Shown piece after piece: positions 39,024 through 52,093 of a stretch of DNA of 64,000 nt. The notes under the pieces were generated by a model, which did no database searches, was not told the DNA's origin, and was given only the letters and a program-made list of their open reading frames with translations. Origin of the DNA: Octopus sinensis (Eukaryota). The stretch spans positions 12,834,001 to 12,898,000 of the forward strand of contig NC_043010.1 of assembly GCF_006345805.1 (NCBI RefSeq), written 5' to 3'. The first letter of the stretch is position 1. Each line of letters begins with the position of its first letter. The translations under genes and the position numbers were made by a program.

Positions 39024-40434
39024 GCGTGTACATATACACAGACACACACACAGATATACATACATATATACATTTATATATATATACATATATAAATTAA
39101 ATTATGTATGAGCGCATGTACAAGAATCATTGAGTAACCTTTGTCCAACGAATTTTTCAAAGGTAATCGAATTTGAATGATTTCAGAAATTTTAGGATGA
39201 AATATGGACATTTTCAAAAGAAGATCGTGAGAAACTTATTAAAACTGTTAATAATAGATTGTTAAGCGCAATGCAGTCGATAAGAAAACCCATTGAACAT
39301 ATCTGCTGCAGCTTTCATTATACTATATAATGGTATGTCTCATTTTACGAAAGCTACGCTTCTAGTAAATTCTGTTTCCAATATATACAATAGATGTTTT
39401 CTTGAATATCAGTTTAGTTGTCTTCTATATTTCTCTACTTTATGAAGATGGTTTAGCTAAATCATACGCTTTGCCCAACTTGTGAAGTGTAATATTGTAA
39501 AGAATCATGTGCTACTGTCATATTAAACATCATAATCTGTGTGTAGGCAAAGCTTTTAATATCTGCATCGCATGAAGATAATGACGATAGCAAAAGTAGT
39601 TTATATGGTTCCCGATATATAAAATGATTCAACATGATATTACGACTGTAATAAAGTTAACTCTATAGAAGAATCAAGCTTTGTGGTTTCGGTTCCAATC
39701 TGAATTATAATACTCCTTCATTTAGCAACAATTTCAGGAATAGACAGTTTCGACATTGAAGCGCTAAGCTAGAATTAGATTTTAATCTCAAATTCTTCTT
39801 CTCTTTCTTCTTCATCGAGAATGTTTCATCAGAAGATATTATTTCTTTCAATGCATTCAGACACCGTTGGATGGAATGGCAACTTGAAAAACTTTGCTTC
39901 TAATATTGATTTTTAACAATGGTGCCATGCCATAAATTTGGGAAGGGGTTGGAAATTTAGTGGATTATAGTCGATTAAATCTATACCAGCAACTTGACTA
40001 CTGCATTATTTTATCGACATCGGAAGGATGAAAGGCAAAGTTTAATTTCAGCAGGATTTCTTCTATCAATGACAAGAAATATTCACTTCGTTGGCCTTTA
40101 CTCTACACCCTGATATGTTGAAAAAAGATCCATTATGTTACCATCTTAACCGTTCTGAGATTTTTCTTTTATGCTTTTATCTTTCTTACTTGTTTATTCA
40201 CTCAAAAATTATGGTTTGTTTCCGCTTTAAAAATTACAGTCTCCCAACTGGTCTTAGATATTAGCGAAGAATAAGATTTATTGCTTTCGGTTATACGCTT
40301 ACATTTTAAACTGATAAGCATTTGAGATTATCATCGCTAATAGTAGATTAAATTTCTTATGCTACGTTTCTCTTCTCTATTTTCACTCAGGTATAGTTTT
40401 GTATATTTTTAGAGAAGAATATATATATTGTTTA

Positions 40435-40450
40435 TCGGTATCTATCTATC

Positions 40451-40484
<34 letters not shown>

Positions 40485-40511
40485 CATCCATCCATCCATC
40501 CATCTATCTAC

Positions 40512-40574
<63 letters not shown>

Positions 40575-40725
40575 CCTACCTATCTACCTATCCATCTATC
40601 TACCTACCTACCTACATATCTATCTACCTATCTATCTATCTACCTATCTATCTACCTACCTATCCATCTATCTATCCACCCATCTATCTACCTACCTATC
40701 TATCCATCCATCCATCTATCTATCT
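40435..40725. repeat. (TATC)n/(TACC)n/(TCCA)n microsatellite
   Basis: Direct reading. Confidence 0.95.
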
Positions 40726-40766
40726 GCATGTATGTGTGTATAAAGAAAGATATACATGCATAAATG

Positions 40767-41190
40767 ATGATGATGATGGCTGTCCACTCGTGACCGAGGA
40801 GGACCATCACTGACCATTGCCCATGCAAAATGCCAGCAATACCCGTGCATGAAGCAATCGGCTTCACCAGGGTTCACATCTGCAGCTTCCATGCGCACTG
40901 CAGCGTCCTCCCACTCGACTGGGCATTGGATAGTTGCCTAGCTGGCGAATACGCAACAGAAAGCTTTAGGTCCACTAAGGCTTGCACGACATCTTACACA
41001 CTCTCTCCATCCTAGTGATATGATCCAGAGACAAATCAGGGCAAGATATCTAGTGCCAATAAGGGTCGCAGGTTCAGGACGGATGAACCTAGTGTAGGTT
41101 CAACGACTATCTGGCAATAGCACCGGCCCTCAGAAACTCTGGGTTCGTGTCCGGTGTGCTGGTATATTAATGGTCACTCCGAAACAAAAC
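40767..41190 (-). pseudogene. Decayed RTE-clade LINE 3' end with an (ATC)n tail
   Basis: Broken frames give LDHITRME (compare WLGHVxRM) and a C-terminus KPIAS..GIAG..VMVLLGHEWTAII typical of RTE ORF ends. Confidence 0.55.
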
Positions 41191-41336
41191 CAGATATGCG
41201 GGGAATGGCATTGAACATCTTGGGGATCTTTTGCTTGTGCTTAATATCGTGGCGCCCCCCCCCCCACATATATATTGACCGCATGTTGGCGATTTTTTTC
41301 CCTGTCTTCCCTTCTCTGGATCTTTCCTTCTCCTAT

Positions 41337-41371
41337 GTTTCCGACAAAGAGCTCCGCTCGAAACGTTAAAC
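41337..41371 (+). ncRNA. Minimal hammerhead-like motif with a variant core, in a Penelope-like end
   Basis: GTTT-CCGACAA-A-GAG-CTCCG-CTC-GAAAC-GTT-AAAC. Confidence 0.45.
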
Positions 41372-41857
41372 CCTCCTTCTTTCCTGAGCGTCCAATAATA
41401 CTATATTTGTTCCACGTCGTCGCATTGTTGTGTTTTTTGTGCTTTCTTGTTTGGATTAACTTTATATAAATATATATATATATATATATATAAAGTAATA
41501 CAAAAATGGGACAAGAACACAAAACATCCAGACAGATGATACAAAAAAGGGACAAGAAAAAACACGGACAGGTCGGTCATTCGAAGTTTTCTTTCCTCAG
41601 TCGAGTTCCATGTATATATATATATATGTATGTAAGTATGTATGTATACATATTCTGAATATTTACCTGAAGAACCATTGATATAGATACTCAAGTTGGG
41701 ATCATAATAATTGCTGTTAAAAAAATATTACCATATTAAATATCCTTAAATTCCATTGATATGAGTATTAGACAAACCAGTGTTCTATACCGTATCCATA
41801 TACAACTATATCAAGCAATTTATAACACAGAATGGTGTTTCTGTAATTCAGTTTGTT

Positions 41858-42277
41858 TACTCTTTTACTCTTTTACTTGTTTCAGTCATTTGACTGCGGC
41901 CATGCTGGAGCACCGCCTTTTAGTCGAGCAACTCGACCCCGGGACTTATTCTTTGTAAGCCCAGTACTTATTCTATCGGTCTCTTTTGCCGAACCGCTAA
42001 GTGACGGGAAAGTAAACACACCAGCATTGGTTGTCAAGCGATGTTGGGGGGACAAACACACACACACAAACACACACACATACACACGCATATATATATA
42101 TATATACATATATACGACAGGCTTCTTTCAGTTTCCGTCTACCAAATCCACTCACAAGGCATTGTTCGGCCCGGGGCTATAGCAGAAGACACTTGCCCAA
42201 GATGCCACACAGTGGGACTGAACCCGGAACCATGTGGCTGGTTAGCAAGCTACTTACCACACAGCCACTCCTGCGCC
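41858..42277 (-). mobile_element. SINE type A
   Basis: Matches the type A consensus. Confidence 0.9.
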
Positions 42278-42303
42278 TATTTGTTTATTATTATTATCAT
42301 TAT

Positions 42304-42770
42304 TATTGAGTGAGAGAGCAGTGCATGCCATCAAAGTGACACAGGGGTAAAATATACGAAGCCCAGTATACCCATCATGACTACCCTTCTGATAAGGGTA
42401 CACCAGGCACATGCATCACAACCATATGTGCGCGACATGATGATCTCATATCAAAATAAACAGTGCATGACCTTGCGTGTGGGGCCCAGTTAGAATTTTC
42501 TTCTGGTCGAGTAGCCCATCCTGCTCAAAAGTTCTCTGAATAAGGATTAAAAATGTTGAACGAACCACCTATGTTTCCAAAGGTGAATTATCCAAACCTC
42601 TAAGAATTCTTTTCAACACACGGCTATGATTCTCCCCAACTACTCCTGCTCGTGATCAGAGATGCACATATCGTCAGCCACTAAGGGACATGCTCATCTG
42701 GTTAAGGTCAAACAACTGACAAGCAAATCTGATATTGAGCAGAATATTTGCTGTAGCCCATCTTTTATAC
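42304..42770 (-). mobile_element. Truncated retroelement 3' segment flanked by (TAA)n on both sides
   Basis: (ATT)n at about 42284-42306 and 42771-42811; an internal part recurs at about 32715-33095. Confidence 0.6.
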
Positions 42771-44198
42771 CATTATTATCATTATTATTATTATCATTAT
42801 TATTATTATTATTCTATGTTTGTCTTTTGCTTTACATTTGTACAAGTTGGCTCCAAGTCTCACCCAGAGACCTCAAGAGACAACAAGTTGGAAGTTCATG
42901 TTGTTATTATTATTATTGTTGTTGTTGATATTATTATTATTATTATTATTATTTATTCCTCTATTGCCTTCACCGCCACCATTGGTAAACGCCATGACTG
43001 ACTCTGTTACTAATCGGCGCTGTCTTGATATTTCTTTTTTTAACGAAATTTCAAATTGAAGATTTGGAGACTTTTGGGTGATTTGGTAATGGTTTTCTTA
43101 TCACGTACCAAAATAATTATTTTATTATATTTGATATTTACAAAAAAAAAACAAAAAAAAAACAAAGACAGACAGAGACTGTGAAAGAACAATTCAAAAC
43201 GAAAGTAAAAGTTAAAAATAAAAAAAGACAGGATATTTTAAGTATTTTTTTTCATTTCATTTATATTGTTATTCTTTATATATTTATTTTTAGATTAAAA
43301 AAATCAATCACAGCCCTCATCTGCTGTCCTATCTAATTATCTCATAGATGTCATTTACTCTTTTATGCTAAATTACAAAGCTTAGATAACAAAAGGATCA
43401 ATTTTAGAAAAATTTTGATGCGCAAGTCAAGAACAGTCAGTTAGTGTCATGGAGTTGCTTGCTATCTGTCTGAATTTTCTCCGTTACAGCTCATTTATTT
43501 ATTAATATCTTTAAAACTTCTCTCCTTTGTCAGCGAACAATGCAGTCATAAATTAGGCACAATACGCCTGATTGTTTGCTTGATCGACAACTTTTCTTTC
43601 AAAAGAAATTAATGAACACGTGATCCTTCCGAATTTCTTTTTTTGGTTCTCAATAAGCAGCTCAGCAATTATTCAGGGAGTTGTGTATCTGTTATCTATT
43701 ATAGAACTTACGTAGTAGCAATCACCTGCACAAAGCGCGGGGTTACTTTCTTCCCCCTCCCGTCCCTCCACCCACTCTTTCTCTCTCTCTTTTATATTTT
43801 GCTTTTATTCCTTTGTTCGCGCGCATATCAGTTCTCTTTGCTGTACGCTGATACACTGCAGGTGTTTCAGCGGTTGCATTAAAACGTAGAGGCGCCAAGA
43901 AAGCATTGAGCGATAACTATTTGTGGTAAATAATTTGAAAGACAAATAGCAATTTTCAACTAGATAGATGGTGAGTGTAGATATTTAAACTTTTATGTAG
44001 ATTATTTCTCCTGTACATTAACAGTCACACACTTGCCTTTCGTGCTAACATATAAATAAATACGCGGTGACACTTATGGACGGATGTATATGGGAAGAAG
44101 TGACTTATTTTAAAAGGTTTTTCACATTTACCACCCTGAACATGTATCCTTACTGTTAAATAACCTTGTTCGGTAACTTGTACTATGTACAAACTTAC

Positions 44199-44864
44199 GG
44201 ATCTTTTCGGTTTGAACGGCAGTTTTTTAAAATAATTTCCACGTAACTAAAAAATTTTAAACTTCGTATACTGGCAGAATGTGTTTATAAAACATCTTTT
44301 TCTCTTGGTTTTGTTGAGAAAATTCTATAGTTTGTAAGATATTTGTTGTTGTTTTCTCCTTCAATTTCTGCAATTTCATCCAATCAATGACGTCTATTGA
44401 GGTAACAAAAACATTCTGTGCCGTATGAATATGTCCCTCGTTTAAGAAACAGATTGGCTTTATTTACATTTGTGAAGAAAAAAGATACCCTTCCCCCCAC
44501 CCCTAACCCTAAAACAGATTGGGTTTATTTACATTTGTGAAGAAAAAAAGATACTCTTCCCACCAACCCTAACCCTAACCCTAAAACAGATTGAAATGCA
44601 ATAGATCGATACTAGGGTCATAATTATGGGTAACAATTTCATATGACACCGCTAGAAAAAAAGATACCCTTCCCCCCACCCCTAACCCTAAAACAGATTG
44701 GGTTTATTTACATTTGTGAAGAAAAAAAGATACTCTTCCCACCAACCCTAACACTAACCATAAAACAGATTGAAATGCAATAGATCGATACTAGGGTCAT
44801 AATTATGGGTGACAATTTCATATGACACCGCTAGAAAAAAATGCCGTTCAAACCGAAAAGATCC
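44199..44864 (+). mobile_element. GG-MITE with internal tandem duplications (about 180 bp and about 65 bp)
   Basis: Both TIRs present; block at about 44480-44660 is repeated at about 44661-44840. Confidence 0.85.
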
Positions 44865-45294
44865 TCTGACTGTCTTTAAAAAAAAACAGAATTTCATATT
44901 AGACAATGTAATCGTAGACACAATATGTCTGAAAAATATGAGATGGTCATGCTTGTATTGCCTTTGATCACAGATCAGAATGATGAAGCAGACTTGAGGC
45001 TAGAACTTCAAACGTAAAATACACAACCAGAACCAACATAACCAGCATAAACTATGAAAACAAAACTCCAGAAATATGGACATAATGGTTTCAAATTTTG
45101 GCACAAGGCCAGCAATTTTGCGGTAGCTGGTAAGTCAATTACATAAACCCCATTGCTTGATTGGTACTTATTTGAACTCGGAGCCTGAAGACGGATGAAA
45201 TACAGCTAACAATTCTGCCAGGTCACAGAATTCATCTAAACGTATTGCAGTACAAAATTTTACAGGACTTAAAATATATATATATATATACATA

Positions 45295-45455
45295 TAGTAG
45301 TGGCTGTGTGATAAGAAGCTTGCTTCCCAACCACATGGTTCCGGGTTCAGTCCCAGTAGGTGGCACCTGGGGCAAGTGTCTTCTACTATAGCCTAGGGCC
45401 GACAAAAGCCTTGTGAGTGGATTTGGCGGACGGAAACTGAAAGAAGCCTGTCGTA
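45295..45455 (+). mobile_element. 5' half of a SINE type A split by LINE insertions
   Basis: Runs from the head to GAAGCCTGTCGTA, then (GATA)n; the 3' half is at 52094. Confidence 0.85.
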
Positions 45456-45469
45456 TAGATAGATAGATT

Positions 45470-45513
<44 letters not shown>

Positions 45514-45919
45514 TGTTTCTTTATTAGCCACACAGGGCTGCACACAGATAGAACAAATTACAAGGTAGAGCTTTTCTTTTGAAGGTTTAAAAAAAAAAAA
45601 TAATAATAATAATAATAATAAAATAAAAAATAAAATAAAATAAAAAAAGGGGGGTCGATCAAAAGGGATCGTAAAAGGAGAGAAAGAGGACAAAAAAAGG
45701 GGGGGTTAAAAAAAAGGGGGAGAGGAAAAAAATTGATCAATAGGGATCGTTATCACAGAAATGTCAATATGAAGTGTAAAGGGGAGGACAGGTGAGGTTT
45801 ACCCGTGGAAAGAAAAGCCTACGGAAAAGACCACGGTAACCTCGGTCAATGAAGTCACATGTTATATTTCTTTTTTTTTTTTTTGCAAATAAGCAACTCT
45901 CTGTATTAATTTTTACGGT

Positions 45920-48900
45920 TCATAGAATCATAGTCAAGGTGGCTTCGTCATTCATACGTGCCATCCTTGCTACATTCACCCATCTTTTTTTAAAACATTC
46001 ACTAGACAAAACTTGCCTCTCTACTCTCACTTTTTTCTTCAAGTGATACTTGAAGAAGTTGATGAGAGATTGACCAGAGAGGAAAGTGTTTGTCTCTAAT
46101 CCTTTCAGACGCGTCCACCAGATACATTCTTTCGCCATAGCCACAAGTATGATAAAAATAGCTCTTCCTTCCTGTTTGAAGGAAGGAGGCGTGACGATAT
46201 TAACGATAGACTCGGCGGATAAACCGACACGTCCCACACGTGACAGCAGTCGTTCGACATAAGCCCACAGGTGAGAAATTGCTGGACACTGCACGATTGC
46301 GTGCAGAGCGGTTTCGTCGCTCTGCCCGCATCTCGGGCAGGTCGGCCCCGTGTTTCTCGAGCCATGCCTATAGAGCTTATCCCGAACGGGTAGCGCTTCT
46401 CGGTAGCACCGCCAGGCCAGGGATCTCTGGAAGTTGTCCATAGGTCCCGGGCCGAAAGTCGTTTGAAACAGGCGGGTCAGGTATTCCTCGTCGACGCCCA
46501 GGTTTGCCCCGAGCTCGTCGTCGTACCTCCCCTCCACTAATCCCCTATAGAATGCTTTGGTTGTGTTGAAGTCACTCAAGGTCGACCCGGGACGGCAGAG
46601 TTGCTTGAGAGCAACGCGACACTCGCGGTGCCATTCGCCCTTCTTCGGCCTCTTTTTGATCCACGACTGTAGTTCGGTCATGGAGACGAGTTGCGGGAAT
46701 GCGTGCCTCACAAACGGCGACCACACCTGTTCACCGTCGTCTACATAGAGCCGGAGATGTCGCAGTCTCAGCGCGTGTCTGCGCATCATCAACCACGGCA
46801 TGCCCAGCCCTCCTTTTAACGGGTGTTGACAGCAAATGGATCGCCTGACCATCGGGACGCATCCTTTCCACAAGAAGCGGAAGAGGATGCGTTCTAGTTT
46901 GGTGATGGTAGGGTCGGGACAAGGTACGACGGTCAGGCGGTAGTAGATGATGGACGCGATGTACGCGTTCACCACCTCCGCCCGACCTTTTAGGGACAGT
47001 TTCCTCTCGGCCCATTGCTGGGCGAGAGTGACCACCCTACTCGTTATCTCGTTCCAGTTCTTCTCCATTTGGAGGTCCGGACTGAACCAGACCCCGAGCA
47101 ACTCAACCGGGCCGTCTGGTGGACGGCATGGGCTTGCTTCTCCAGGTGCCGAGCCGCAAGCCCACTGACTTTTCCCGGTTGATTTTTGCTCCTGTCACCG
47201 CTTCGTAGTCTTTCAGTGTCTCGCCGACCCGCTCGATGTGCTCGTGGCTTGACACTATGACGGTGACGTCGTCCGCGTATGCAGACACGCTCGTCCCGCA
47301 TCCTAATTCTCGCGGGATGCCCCTCAGAGTCGCCAGCTTCCGCAGTAGTGGCTCAAGAGTCAATACGTATAGAAGCGCCGAGAGGGGGCATCCCTGACGG
47401 ACCGAACGTGCAATGTCGAAGGGTCTCGATAGATGTCCATTTACGCGAATTACCGAACGGATGCCTCTGTACAAGGCAGCTATCCAGCCGCGGAAGACGG
47501 GACCGAAACCAGCCGCTCTCAGGACTGCCTCCAAGTATCGATGGTCTACCCTATCAAAGGCTTTCGATTGATCCAAGTTGATCAGGGCCCCACCCATGCC
47601 AGGTTCGTTAACTACCCTGTCTATGATGTAGCGCATCAGATGGAGGTTGTCATGGATGCTCCGGCCCGGCACGGCGCACGTTTGTGCGTTGTCGAACAGT
47701 TTCTCCATGACAAGCGCCAACCTCTTGGCTAACACCTTTGTCAAAATTTTCAGGTCTGCATTGAGCAGAGTGATTGGCCTAAAGTTATCTATAATGTTTC
47801 CCTTGTTTGGATCTTTCTTCAGCAGAGTTACAGCTCCTCGACTCACAAAACCGGGTATGCTCCCGTTTTGCTGCCAGTTGCAGTATACCGCTGCCAAGAC
47901 GTCTCCAAACAAGTCTGGCATGCAATAGTAAAATTCGTAGGGTAGACCATCCAAACCCGGTAATTTGTCCCTCGAGCATTCTGCCATCGCTTCCCGCACT
48001 TCCGCCGCCGTGATGGCACCTTCGCAGCACCCTGCCTTTCTTGTCGAGAGTCGTGGCAGGCTATGTAGGTAGGCACTGAAGTCTACCCTACGTTCTTGCC
48101 CTCCACTCGTCCCGAACAGTCGGGCAAAATGCTGCTGAAAGGCCTCACACATTTTACTTGGCTCGAGCAATTCGCGCCCCTGTTCATCTACCAGTGACCG
48201 AATGGTGGCTTTGTTGCCCTGTTGCGCCTCTGCCACCGGGCCTCTCTCGCGGCTCCAACACCTTCGTTCCTTAGAGCACGCATCCTAGCTCTGACAGCAC
48301 ATCCTTCGTGTTTGGCGTTGAAGTGTTGGTCGAGGGCCAACCTCGCCGCCAAAACGTCGGATGCGATGCCGCTTCTAATTGCCTCTTCTAGCTTCTTAAC
48401 TAGCTCACCCTCTACTCTATTTCTATCTATGGCTAGTGCTTTGCTGTACCTAATCGCTTCTGCTTTTACTCTGCTCTCTTGAGGGCAAACCACCATTTGT
48501 TGTTGATGATGGCTCCCGTCAAAGCCCTCTTTACTAGTGTGCTAATCCGGTCTCTGAAAACTTGTCTGGACGGGAATGATGCGTTCAGTTTCCAGTACCC
48601 AGGACCCTGTCTATGTGCCTTATCTAAGTCTAGCGTACACGTCACCAATTTGTGATCCGTGTAGCTGACTGTGTGGAATTGTGGACATCCTAAGTTATCC
48701 TTGTCTACTGTCCTACACAGTATCCTATCTAGATACGATCTCGACGACCCACTGCGGTTGCTCCATGTCCACGTTGGTGCATTTGGGTGGTCGAGTCGGT
48801 ACCTGTCAGACAGTTGGAATCGTCTAAGCAGGTCTCTGAGGCATTTGCATCCCCTTCTGTTTCTGTCTCTACCCACGTAGTCTACATGCGTGTCCAAGGT

Positions 48901-49332
48901 AGCATTCCAATCCCCCACTAAGAGTAAAGGACGAGACGTTCCCAAGAATACTTCTAGACGTCGAAAGAAATCCGCCCGACCTGTTAAGGGCGGTGCGTAG
49001 ACTGATACGAGTCGAAAAGCGCACCCATTGCTGCCGTCAACATCCAGAACGATCAGTCTACCCTCCGGGTCTACGAATATCGTCTTGACTTCGAGATCCA
49101 GGCTCTTGTGAAAAAGTACCGCGGTGCCACTACCGCCCATCCTCGGCAGACAGGGAGCGAAATAAATGTTAAACTGTCCGCCAAACATGGACTTTAGGGC
49201 CCGTGGCTCGTGGAGTCTGGTCTCACTTATGGCTATGATTCCCAAATCATGTGACTTGATGTCATTTAGGAGGTATCCTTGTTTCCAAGGAGACCCCAAG
49301 CCACGCGCATTCACACAACCAATCTTGACCAT
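45920..49332 (-). pseudogene. Tx1-like ORF2: APE endonuclease, reverse transcriptase and C-terminal zinc finger; three frameshifts
   Basis: APE: IGCVNARGL, ISETRL, VYAP, GDWNA, YLDRIL, TDHKLV. RT: NFRPITLLNAD, LDQSKAFDRV, RQGCPLS, YADD. Zinc finger: CPRCGQSDETALHAIVQC. Frame changes near 48470, 48238 and 47110. Confidence 0.92.
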
Positions 49333-49384
49333 GATTCTATTGGGGTGTGTGCTTTAAAACACACAAAAATGAAAGTACAGAGAG

Positions 49385-51113
49385 TTACTTACTTGTGTCG
49401 AAAGTTTTGGCTTCCTCGTTCTTTGATGTGTCTTCGAGGATGTTTCTATATAGTTTTTGGGACAGATATTTCTGGAAACCCCCTACAGCATTTGGGAAGA
49501 GGGCTTTGAGTTTGTGTGTGTGTTGTGTTGTGTGATGTGTAGTATTTTGATGTGTTGGGTGGTGTAGTGCGTGGATGATTGCTATTTTTAAAGTCATCTT
49601 CACAAATGTTTGTGTATCCTGTGATGTACTCCATTAGTTTGGAGTCTTTTGTGTCTATCGCTGATAGCATTGTTTTTGTGGTGTTGGTGCTTGTTTTGTT
49701 GTGTATGGAGTTTTCAGGGTTCAGGTATCTCCCTGCTTTGGTTGCGATTTCTTGTTTGGTTTTTCTTGATCTTTTTCTTTTACCCCCTGTGGCTATTTGC
49801 CATTCTGTCGAACTTTCATCGTTAGATGAAAAGTCTGACGAATCAGCAGGGGGCAAGGGTAAAGCGTCTGGGTGTGTTTGTGCGGTTGTAGATATTGTTG
49901 TGGTGCGCGGGGAGGGTGTTGCTGGGGGGTTTGTTGTGGTTATTGTCTCTCCTACATCCTTGGTGCTTGTCTTCTTCGTTGTTATTCTTGGTGTTGGAAT
50001 TGGTTTATTTGTTGTTGGTGGTGATGATTCTGTTCTTGGCGCTGGTGTTGGTGTTGTTTGGTTGGGTTGGCTTGTTCTTTGTTGTTTTTCCTGCATTTCC
50101 GCATACAGCTTCTTGACTAGCTGTCCATATTGTGGTGTGGGCAATAATCCTGGCTTTTGTGATTTTTCCTGTGGCTGTTGTTGTTGTAATTTTGCAGCAG
50201 ATTTGCACTCCTTTTTGAGGTGTGCCTCACTGCCACATGTATAGCATCGTGGCCTTCTGCCCTCGACTACTACGTATAACTTGCGGCCATCCTCAAGATG
50301 TACGTGGGTGGGGATTTTATTTATGTCCTCTTGACTTATGTGGAAGAGGAACTCTATTCTCTTTCCCAGCCAGTCCTTGTTTTCCGAAACACCGATATCT
50401 AGGATGTTTATGTCCTCCATTTCGGATGTTAAGGCGGATGTAATCCACAGTGTTGTAGTCACTTGGGGGACACCACTGATAATGACTTTCGTCACCTTCT
50501 GGCCGAGGTAACTCGGTGTCAACGTTAGTTCATCAGAATGAAGGGTTATCGTTGAGAATTTCTTCGCCAACTCTTCATTCTGAAAAACCACCTGTACGTG
50601 TGCGAAGTTGTTCGCCAAGTCACACAATCCTTGTATCCCCAGATGGGGCGTAAGCACTTTTCGACTTTGTCTGTGCTTGCCTTTTCTGGACTTTTTGTTT
50701 TTTTATTTGTGATTTTATATACAATTGTCTTTTTTTTCTCCTCATTCAGTATGTGCTGAGGTATGTGTAAGAGTATTTTTCCGTTTTGATTTGTAATAAG
50801 GTTTCTGCAATCTTTAATCTGTTGTGTAGTAAACGAAACTTTTGTTACCTTTTCTTTTATCGCCTCGGCGAAGTTTGTTGTTGTTTTGTTATTGTTGTTA
50901 CTGTCGGTGGTGTTGGTGTTGATGGCAGGGGTGTGGGTTGTAGGTTTGTGGTTGCTGATTATGCAACTAGCAAGGGGTGGAAAATTGCCTGCGTAATTTA
51001 GTCCTGCATTAGCGCAAATTTCGGCATTTCGTTTGCTTGTCGTCGTTATTTTTTCACTTGTTGGTGATGGAGTGAGCAGTGGTTGAAGGGAATTGTTGTT
51101 GTCGTCGTCGTCG

Positions 51114-51168
<55 letters not shown>

Positions 51169-51514
51169 CGTTCTTGGTGACGGCGGTGGTGTTAGTAGTA
51201 TTAGTAGCATTGACGGCACGGTCTTTGGTGGCGGTGATGTTGGTATTGTTATTGGTGGCGACGTCTTTAGTAGGGATAGCAGTTTTAGTAGCAGATTCTG
51301 CCATGGTGTTGTTGTCGGTGTTGGTGGTGGTGGTGGACTCACTGATGGTGTTGACGGTGCTTGGCCTTGCGACCTTTGTTTTGTATTTGTTGCTGTTGTC
51401 GATGTTGATGGTGGCGGAGTTGTCAGGTTCAGCGTAAGGTAACAGAGCATCCTGTTTTTCTGCCTCTGCGTCACGCTTGACTTGCACCTCAGCCTCGTGG
51501 TGACCAGTGGCCAT
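49385..51514 (-). pseudogene. Tx1-like ORF1 (low-complexity N/T-rich N-terminus, RRM-like region, single CCHC knuckle); frameshifted
   Basis: CYTCGSEAHLKKEC (C-x2-C-x4-H-x4-C); frames 50546-51544 and 49446-50657 join near 50660; the C-terminus may continue in frame 49385-49603. Confidence 0.75.
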
Positions 51515-51742
51515 TTTGGAAATAAAATGGCTAAATGAAACCACGAAGGCTATGAGAATTTTTTCTTTTAAATTTTGCCCGCAAGGGGCAAAATTTTGTG
51601 TAGATATTAATCAAGGTTTGCAGTGGATGTTGTTGCACAACTTTTAAACACAAAATATTTCACAATAAACAATTTTCAACGTACAAAATGACCAACTTAC
51701 GTGGAGCCCATTTGACTAGCGTCCGTCCATGTCGAGATGGAT

Positions 51743-51820
<78 letters not shown>

Positions 51821-51863
51821 TTAGATAAATTCACAGATCGACTGATAGATAGATAGATAGATA

Positions 51864-52093
51864 TGTTTCTTTATTAGCCACACAGGGCTGCACACAGACG
51901 GGACAGATTACAAAGTAGAGCTTTTCTTTTTGGGGAGAGAAAAAAAAGTTGGGTAGGTTTTCGATCAAAAGGGATCGTAAAAGAGGAAGAAAAAAGGAAA
52001 GGAAAAAAAAGAAAAAAGGAAAGGTAAAAAACGATCAATAGGGATCGTGTATCACAGAAATTGTAAAGGGGGAAGCAGATAAGGTTTATCGTG
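51864..52093 (-). mobile_element. 5'-truncated 3'UTR copy of the Tx1-like LINE
   Basis: Collinear with 45514-45810, including both GATC hairpins and ATCACAGAAA. Confidence 0.85.

Larger units (their letters stand above)
45514..51735 (-). mobile_element. Near full-length Tx1-clade non-LTR retrotransposon in (TATC)n
   Basis: About 200-nt 5'UTR, ORF1, ORF2 (APE-RT-CCHC), about 400-nt 3'UTR ending AATAAAGAAACA(TATC)n; (GATA)n at both ends. Confidence 0.9.

Noticed and set aside
46105-51442. Antisense and overlapping ORFs within the LINE (for example 49579-50244 plus and 51083-51442 plus)
   Set aside because: They are shadow frames of GC-richer or low-complexity coding sequence with no recognisable domains.
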